Assembly: GCA_964035545.1 (NCBI GenBank)
Contig: OZ037772.1
Span: 10,166,818 to 10,230,817, forward strand
DNA from: Bugula neritina
Taxonomy: Eukaryota > Animalia > Bryozoa
Length of the DNA stretch: 64,000 nucleotides
Direction of reading: 5' to 3'
The translations under genes and the position numbers were made by a program. Below, piece by piece: positions 52,281-64,000 of the stretch. Numbering within the stretch: position 1 is the stretch's first letter; the number at the start of each line of letters is the position of its first letter. The notes under the pieces are model-generated. The model saw only the letters and a program-made list of their open reading frames with translations, searched no databases and was not told the DNA's origin.

Positions 52281-52854
52281 TTTGTTCTACAATTACATCA
52301 TATTAGGACGACATAATCATATTGATCACAATGATTTCACATCAGTTACCAATACCAATACAAGTGGATGGCAAGAGAATTAAAAAAAGATTTGGGCATT
52401 GCCCAAGTTCAAAGAACAGCAAACAATTCTATCAACTATCTGATATTATTATCGAACTATTTACATCTACATCTAGCAAGGGCTGACACTGGACTTGGTA
52501 GTAACTTTGCGTTTAAGGCTGTCGTCATTTCGACTGTATCGTTAACCAACTTACAATTAGTGAGTCATTAACATTCAACCTATTATTAAAGTTAATAATT
52601 AAATCATAATGAAAATGACAATACTTTTAACATTCATTTTGATATTAGTTAAGTGAGACTGAAACTAAGCATCGCAATCTGCCAGTCACAATCACAATGA
52701 CAATCACAGTGGCAATCAATAAATTCAATCATGTATTTTTAAAACTAATGTGATGGATGATTACAGTTATAACCATAATCGGTTAATCCTAATAGTAATA
52801 CTAATAGTAAAAGTAGAAGTTGAATATCAATATGGTGAATTGAAATTGGCTCAC

Positions 52855-53040
52855 CAAAAAAGTGTTCGCTGAGTGACTCAGGTTCTTCAATTCTAATAGT
52901 AATTGTGTCTAATCGAATGGATATGATTGACCTACTTCTAGTTCTACTCAAAACTGCTTTGCAAGCTGCTGCGAGGAAGTTGAAAATGAAACTGCGCTAC
53001 AGATGAGTAATAGAAATTCCCCGAGTTGGAAATTTCACGT
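52855..53040 (-). promoter_or_regulatory. Putative TRIM first exon/promoter, copy 3
   Basis: GAAAATGAAACT at 52982-52993; GGGGAATTTC (minus strand) at 53013-53022. Confidence 0.45.
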
Positions 53041-53983
53041 ATAATCGATTAAGTCTGCACAACAGACGTTGCTGAATTGTTCGTTGACTCGAAATAATTC
53101 CGATGTTACATGAGCTGAAAGTTGTACCGCATTTGACGCAAAGGCGATGTGAAGAGCAGACTACTCTTACACTACAATTCTTTCTCAATAGCAATATAAT
53201 AACTATTATCCATCAGTTATTTTAAGCTGATGGTTACACATTTATTTATTCAAAATCTTAAGCATCCGTAAAAATTGTTTATTAGATCGCATTGGCAGCT
53301 GTATATCCTAAGAGAAGTAAAATAGGTTGGCCAAAAAGTCACAAATCTGTGCGTTAACCATCTAACACTGGCGTGCACTTTTTTTCTTTGTTACTGCAAT
53401 GAGTTATACTATATTATAGACTTGAAATAAATTGTAGAGTCAGTGGAGTCAGTAAATCATTTTCTTTAATTGGCTTTGCATTTTATATGCAGAATATTTT
53501 CTTGCTTAGACACATCAAATGATATAGTATGACTATAACGAGTAGCATGCACTGGCGAAGGTATATAGAAGCTTATAAGATTTATAAACAGGCATTTTAT
53601 AGTTGTGTGTTTTACTTTTTATATCAAAAGCATATCATGTAACCTGCCAGTATATTAACATATCCCAATCGTTGTCACATACTAGAGACCATTATAAACC
53701 AACAACTAATAAAATGAAACTTGCTTATCATTGTTATTTGTCATCATTGACCTAGTTTAAATACAAACCAATCTGAATTGATTTAAATACTGAGATTTAT
53801 TTACAATAATACAGAAGTCATAAACTCTAAATGATAAAAACTATAGTAGGCTATATAATATAACTATAATAAATTATTCAGCACTTTGACACAATGTCCG
53901 CTGTGACTTAGTGCACTCTGTTTATCACACTGACTAGGTTGAGACGGGTACAAGTTACTCGTACAGTACAATACTAGATAGCC

Positions 53984-55971
53984 TCAGCTCCCCTTGGCTA
54001 CTTTCTTCAGCTGGTGCCACCACTCCAAACTCTTATTGTTGGTATTGAGAGAATGCTGAAGCTCTCTCCAATGTTCAGCTCCTCTCTTGTCACCGTCTGC
54101 ACTGATGTACACTCTACCAACCACCTGTCAAGTATAAGTGTCAGTATGTATTCATAGTGTGTGAGCAGGTGCCCAGCAGGTACCATGGATGGAGTTCACA
54201 GAACATCTGATGATTATTAGAAACTGAGCAAATAGTGACTAAATTACTGAGCATTTTTGTTCAAGATATTAATTATGACGAAAGATTTTTTTTCCAGTTC
54301 CACCAAAATTTTGATGAAGATGAAAGTTAAACACTAATTATTTTTAAAGCATATTCTTAGATAAAAGGCAACCGAGCATAGCAATATAACTCAAGTGTTC
54401 AAGCAAGTCTAAATGACTTAAACTCAGCCTTAACATAACTCGAGTTTCCAGGTTAAGCTATAGAAATGTTGATATATGAAATAATATCTACAGAACAGCG
54501 GAACTCTTTGATAGACGCCCTCACCTCATAACTACTGATTTTCACTTTACACAAGTCTACGACTATACTCATATCAGCTAAGTTCACATGTTGAGGCAGA
54601 GCTAGAACTATCTCCTGGTTGAAGAGTGGATTAGTAGTCACTTTGATGTTATCTATAGTACGTTTCTTCTTCAACTTCTTCCCATCCTCTAGCACCGTCA
54701 CTCTTACCGTTAGACCTAGAATATTTTTAAAAATTAAGAGTTTGAGCATCTGATAATTATAAAATATATTATATTCCTTTAAAATATATTATATCTCTAT
54801 AAAAAATTAAGGTCACTGTCATGCAGGAGTCGCACCACACACCTCCGGTTTTCAAGCAGGCACGCTACCATTGCACCACAGGGGCTGCTGGATAAACTCA
54901 ACAATACGTCCCACCCAGTTCTCTAGAACTTTGCTGGCTCTTCTACTACCGCTTTAGACATCCTCCCTCCCCCTCCACTCCCCTCCCCGGTCATTCAACT
55001 ACCTCGGATTACTATAACTACTATAAAACTTTACGAGAGGTTGAAATAACATGTAAAACTTTTGCCCCCACTAGGATTTAAACCCAAGACGAGTACTCCG
55101 AGTCGGAAGGATTGCTACCATTACACCACATGGGCTCTCTTTCATTATCCTTTCAAAATTAAACCCTTTTTACACTTCAAAACAATTTCAAAATCTGACT
55201 GTTAAGCATGGAATATATTATAAAACTTTAAAAGTTTAATTATCCAATAATTATAAAATATACATCACTCTCTTTTACATGCACTTTAGTAAAAATTATA
55301 TATTTTTCACATTAATACAGCTTTTAAAGCATCAGCTATCTTTGAAGTTGCTTACCCAGTACTGCGATTTCGTCTTCTATGTGTAAATCTTTTGCTTTAG
55401 CAAAGAAAAAGGTGAGCGTAAGATTATCTTTAGCCTTTGTGCTCTTCACGGAAAACAGCAGCTGTCCGACATAATTCTAAAGGATAATTTGTAAAACATA
55501 TATAATATTATTATAAATAAATAAATAAATAAATAGAGTCCTGTACACATATACACTTTGCAGCTTGCATTTAATATATATTTACATTTCTTTTGCATAT
55601 ACATTATAAACACATTTCATCTAACTACATGGAATCGTATTAATTTATGATGAATGCAACACACACAGGTGCATTAAATATGCATAATGTAAATACTATA
55701 ATATCAAATGTTATATTCATTATTATATGTAGTTTTATTTTATTTAGAATACTGTATTCACTGTGTACTGTGATTCCTAAATAATGAAATATACTCACCT
55801 CTTCATGGTCATGTGACTCAGGTAGACATCTGTCAATGTGTTTCTCTACGTATAATGACTCATCATGTGGTAGACTATTTAAACGCAGTTGGACAACTCC
55901 AACTTTCTCCGTCTTCACAAACTGATCGTAGTCATACAGGTGACATAACAGATGTTTCCCTGAGAGATCGT
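53984..55971 (-). pseudogene. Synaptotagmin-like 3' half, copy 3
   Basis: Same four exons with open frames (ORFs 55640-55990 and 54453-54749); 5' part of the gene absent. Confidence 0.8.
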
Positions 55972-56110
55972 CTAATTGAATACAGAACACCAGAATATTG
56001 CTGGGATTCTAGTAATAATACAGTCGAGAGATAAAAACACTCATTTCACAAGCATGTAACAGAAACAAAAATCGACATAATAGGTGGGATGATAAACACC
56101 AAATACAGTG

Positions 56111-56349
56111 TACTACTGTACTTACTTAGTAAATACTATACCACTGTACATACTTAGTAAATACTATACCACTGTACTTACTTAGTAAATACTATACCAC
56201 TGTACTTACTTAGTATATACTATATCACTGTACTTACATAGTAAATACTATACCACTGTACTTACTTAGTAAATACTATATCACTGTACTTACTTAGTAA
56301 ATACTATATCACTGTACTTACTTAGTAAATACTATACCACTGTACTTAC
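56111..56349. repeat. 28-bp minisatellite, ~8.5 units
   Basis: Same unit as 11172-11326. Confidence 0.92.
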
Positions 56350-59247
<2,898 letters not shown>

Positions 59248-60444
59248 CTTTGTTAAATGTACGAATTTGATCAGCTGTAGTAGCCTTCGCTTGATAAATA
59301 CTCTACCCTCTACCCTCTACAAATTGTGAAACTGGCTTAGGTAAATATTTAGAGGCAACTTTAGGCTATTTAGAGTACATAAAGGTCGTTTCTAACACGA
59401 GTATATCGGCAACTACCCGGCGTCTTTAAAGACGCAAATAGTTGTGTATTATGTAATACGCGCATTTAGGTAGAGCATAACTCCTTCTTATTTGCGCAGA
59501 GGCGAGTCAAATAGTGCACTAGCTCCGGTGTAATGTAAGATTATCCCAATAAACTAAAACTTCTTATAGTTTTAAATTGTAATTATAGTTCAATGATTAT
59601 ACCCTTTGAGGAGCATTCTCTGTAATGATCATATATCAATAAACACAGTAGAATCTCAGATCAAAATAATAATAATAGCTATAGCTATAATAGTTTAGGA
59701 TTTATACTATAAAGCGAGTTTATGATAGGTTTATTAATTGGTGTATTTTTTATCAGCAACCAGAGAAAGTTGATAAAATACATCCAGCTGAATTTGTAGC
59801 CCAAGTTTAATTAATGAAGGATGTCATGAACCCCTTGAGATCTTCAATCTCAATTCGCAAAAGAACCATTAGTATATAAAATTTATAAACAAATGTGTAA
59901 ATAAATTGTGTAAATTAACAAAATTATAAATATACCACATAAAAAATACAATATATTCAAATTGGAAATGCATAGTTTACAAAAAATAGACCAAACATCT
60001 GTACCATATGCAATGCGCTAGGAATGAAAAATTAAAAAAATGTTATGTAAGTAATGAGAGAGTGCACAATATTCTGTTAGAAGCATGTAAATTATAGTCC
60101 AAGTTTCAAGTCAACTGGTGAATAGGAAATTAGAATGAGCAGTAATTCTATAGGGAAGGGACAGATTCAGTCTATGATCTAACCAGGGATAGTTTCTAAA
60201 GAAGAGAATTTCTCTAGCATGCCTAAAAATAGTACATGAAAGCTACAATAATAATTATACAGTGAACAACATAAGCTAATTTACATAAATCAGACTTTAG
60301 TGTGCAGAAAAAATAACATTGAAACTATATATTACATATACCCCATAACCTACGTCTTAGATTTATTCTTGATTGAAATAATATAGACTGAAAGCAAAGT
60401 ATAAGCTGCACAGCATAAATTATCTGACATAATATATATGTCTA

Positions 60445-60936
60445 CTATACACTACACTGCACTGCACTGCACTGCACTGCACTGCACTGCACTGCACTGC
60501 ACTGCACTGCACTGCACTGCACTGCACTGCACTGCACTGCACTGCACTGCACTGCACTGCACTGCACTGCACTGCACTGCACTGCACTGCACTGCACTGC
60601 ACTGCACTGCACTGCACTGCACTGCACTGCACTGCACTGCACTGCACTGCACTATACTACACTATACTATACTGTATTATATATACTACACTATACTATA
60701 CTATATTATACTATACTATATACTTTATAATTATACTATATATACTATACTACACTATACTATACTATACTATATACTTTACTATACTATATACTATACT
60801 ATACTATACTATACTATACTATACTATACTATACTATACTATGCTGTGCTATACTATACTATACTATACTATACTATACTATACTATACTATACTATGCT
60901 ATACTATACTATACTATACTATACTATACTATACTA
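60445..60936. repeat. (ACTGC)n followed by (ACTAT)n microsatellite; shorter degenerate homologs at 20460-20600 and 43310-43422
   Basis: About 40 perfect ACTGC units at 60451-60650, then ACTAT repeats. Confidence 0.95.
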
Positions 60937-61003
60937 TGTGGTCCCCTTGGTCACCTTTCACCGCCGTAGACTGGCATATACTATCCTATATACTATATAA
61001 TAC

Positions 61004-61355
61004 TGTAGTGAGTAGTGCAAGTACAAATACAGGAATCGCCCTCTCCCTACTCTTGGAATACTTAGACTCTTATGTAGCAACCAATTAGCAGCTCCGGAAG
61101 ATATGCTTCCGAGTCACGTGACACTTCCCGGGTTATTAACATTATATCACGTTGTTGTAAGCGGAGGCTTGTAGTAGTAACATGTGTTAGTAGTTGACTC
61201 TTGTATAGGATAATTTGATGTGATGTTTGGTTTATGCTTTATTGTGGATAATAAATATAATTACTCGACAGCTACCTTAGTAATTGATAACAGAATAACC
61301 AGCTAGCTATACGCAAGTAAATAACTCACGCTCAGTAATTGCACAAATTACTACA
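61004..61355 (+). mobile_element. Solo LTR, second family
   Basis: TGTAGTG...CTACA termini with 4-bp TSD ATAC; empty site in copy 2 at ~43452. Confidence 0.8.
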
Positions 61356-61375
61356 ATACACTTGTGTCTATCAAT

Positions 61376-61448
61376 TTCTATCAGCTGAAGTGAAACTGAA
61401 CTAATAGGGTCAGTAATTGCTGTGGAAGATACGGAGTCCTACTTCATG
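61376..61448 (+). pseudogene. Inverted relic of a TRIM terminal exon and 3' UTR
   Basis: TTCTATCAGCTGAAGTGA (FYQLK*) followed by UTR-like sequence. Confidence 0.65.
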
Positions 61449-63521
61449 TTTGTATTGTACTTGTTGACCATGCTTAGTAGCTCTTTCACTATCCGAACTA
61501 TATCATTATATCATTCTGCTACATTCAATGCCACTCACCACGTCTCCATGCTTCGCAATTTTGCTAATGGAGGTTTTTCATTTTGTGCAAAGGAACATTA
61601 TCAATGGAATAAAATCACAACCCATGTGCTGCATTTAGTTGATCAACAATTGCAGACGAGTAGCATCTCTCGTTGGTGGCCGGTCTCAATAGTTCAAGGT
61701 CACATGATGAACTCGTCTTAAGTTTCAATAGAATCTAAGCACACTAATTTTTAGCTCATGATCATTTATCTAATTACATATGATCAATGGCTTATTTCAA
61801 ATAGCAAGAATTTGGCATGCACAATGCACAGGACAAACTAATTGCTGAAGCAGCGTGACTTATTATCAGTGGCCGGGGTGTGGAAAATTTGGTTAGAATA
61901 CGCTATGAATTGACTACTAATATATTAGTGCTTTGTAATCCATACGCAAGAATCTATTTGATGAACATGGTGACATGGGAACATGGTGACAATGTCATTT
62001 TTCAAATGTTATATTCTACTTTAAACCGATAATTAGTTCAATCACAAAGCAAAAATTAAATGGAAAAACTATAAATATTTAGCCATTCAATTCTCAGTTT
62101 ATTTTGAAGTTCAATAGACGGCTTTCGTTGGAGCTCAATCTTATTGGTATTGATGTGTTTTTAAAAGGTGTTGCTAACTTATACTAACTTATTATAGAAC
62201 AGTAACTATCTGCAGTATCATATTGTATAGCATTGTATTGTATGTTATTGTATAGCATTGTATTGTTTTTTATTGTATAGCATTGCATTGCTTAGCATTG
62301 CACTGTTTAGCATTGTATTGTTTAGCATTGTAATGTGCTATAATTTTATTGTCGTGTTGTATTGTGTTGTGAAGCCACCACCTTTATATTATTATTTATT
62401 GTGTTTTAATATTATGTATTGTACCAAAACAGTGGAATAGTATGTTTTTATTATTGTATAGTGAACATTAAAGCGTGTAATATCCATGCAAGTAGATTAT
62501 ATGATACAACATGTTATATACTGTGTAAAATATGAGCTATATGGTATATTATAATACATAAATAGAATAAGATATACTTTTAAATACATTAATCAGAGTT
62601 GCATGATGATCATTAATGCTGAACGTAAAGACATAGTAAAAACTTTTAACTGCACAACCCTGCTAACATAGTTCTATGACATTCACTGTATACTTTTTTA
62701 ATTAGAAATACTTATACTTACAATACAACCTCAAATACTTTACTTATACATTCACCTTTTAAAACAAATCTTTCAGTTAAAAATTCCTCTCATTGGAACT
62801 GTTGTCATGTTATTTTAAATAAATATATATATGTTGTCTTAGTAAAAATTTTGATAAAAAGTTACAAGCAGGAAAAAAAGGTTGTGTTTTTGTGAAATTA
62901 AATTTCCTCACTTCAACAACCTGCTGTATTTTATGCAAACACTATACATATGAACACCTATGTATAACAGGTACAACATGTCACCCAGAACACTTAGATT
63001 GTGTATCACATGGTATAATGTTTGAAATTAAAATCACATTGCAACTAAACAGTGAAAAGATCAATACTTGAGAGACAATAAATTCAACTACCTCGAAATA
63101 AGATAACAAAAACCATTGCCAGCGGAAAAGTGGCAAGTTAAAATATTAAAGTTGTTAGACTAATTATCTGTATCTTAAGATCAATAAAGTATTCTGCTGT
63201 ATCCACACAATCCTCTGAAAGCTACAATAAACTAGTCCTGAATGAAACAGAATCTTCACAAGCAACTCATATGACTAATTGTAAGGAAACTGGAAAATCT
63301 GATTAGGGGGGAGTCATCAATTTCATTTGTGTGTCCAATCAGAATTGTGTATCTGTTCTATAGGTTTAATCATAGCAATCATAGATCTTATTGTGTACAT
63401 AGAAATTTATTGTTTGCTAACTATTGAGATATATTGATTTCTTCCGCACCAATGAAAGAGAGAGTGACTTACTAGTAAAACTTATCAAAATATATTTACT
63501 ATTTATACATTAGTTTAGTAT

Positions 63522-64000
63522 TGTTATAGTTTTCAGATTTAGGGTTGATGTGTCACCAAGAGAGTCTATTTATCACTAGAGAAACTTCACCAGTTAAGTC
63601 GAGTAGATATCGTTATATTTAATACAAGAATACATAATAAAAATCCAATGTACAACAGTAATGATACGCACGTCTATTTAGTTTACAGCACTATCCTCAA
63701 CTGAGCTAGTAGCGCGAAGCGGCTACTATTACTTATAAAACAACCTAGCTAATTGGCTAATACATTGTTCCGGGTCAATACGCAACCTTGCGTATTGTGT
63801 TGCTGGTAGCTCCACGAGCCACCACACTGCCCCCTCCAGCAGAAAGCCCACTTTCTGATAAAATAAACTCACATAAAAAAACGTATACTTCGGGGGGGGG
63901 GTAAGAGAACAGTATAAAAGTATATACAAAAAAAAACAACAACTGATAAAAAAAATATACAGGTATATATAACGTGCACACTAAGTAATAAGCAAGAGAA
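63522..64000 (-). mobile_element. 3' LTR (63522-63826), PPT and start of the internal region of another related Gypsy element running off the window
   Basis: Similar to 28108-28450, including ttcagatttagggttgat, ttccgggtcaat and the cccc..cagcagaaagcc PPT region. Confidence 0.88.

Noticed and set aside
60420-61088. QCSAV / HCTAL repeat ORFs (also 20454 and 43336)
   Set aside because: Translations of pentanucleotide microsatellites whose lengths differ freely between copies.

Overview
AT-rich, intron-containing animal (invertebrate-like) DNA. Most of the window is a tandem array of three copies of a ~17-20 kb unit, which probably continues on both sides (position 1 realigns with 61625). All genes are on the minus strand. 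Each unit holds one complete 8-exon TRIM-like gene (RING, B-box, B-box, coiled coil, NHL-like beta-propeller; ~605 aa), the 3' half of a synaptotagmin-like C2 gene, and the 5' seven exons of a PTGES2-like (prostaglandin E synthase 2) gene. The two half-genes abut each other, which marks the duplication breakpoint as a PTGES2::Syt chimeric junction. The TRIM gene is therefore the only complete gene being amplified. Its RING exon is essentially invariant, its propeller loops differ strongly between copies, and its putative promoter carries ISRE-like and kB-like motifs. Together these suggest a diversifying, birth-and-death immune-recognition array (inference). Only TRIM copy 3 is clearly intact. 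Copy-specific insertions include a young 7.5-kb Ty3/Gypsy element with an extra zinc-finger/RS-rich ORF, solo LTRs, a Penelope-like fragment with hammerhead ribozymes, a CR1/L2-type LINE fragment, SINEs, and a head-to-head pair of hAT-type foldback elements forming a 4.8-kb palindrome. All exon boundaries were read by hand; no database search was run.
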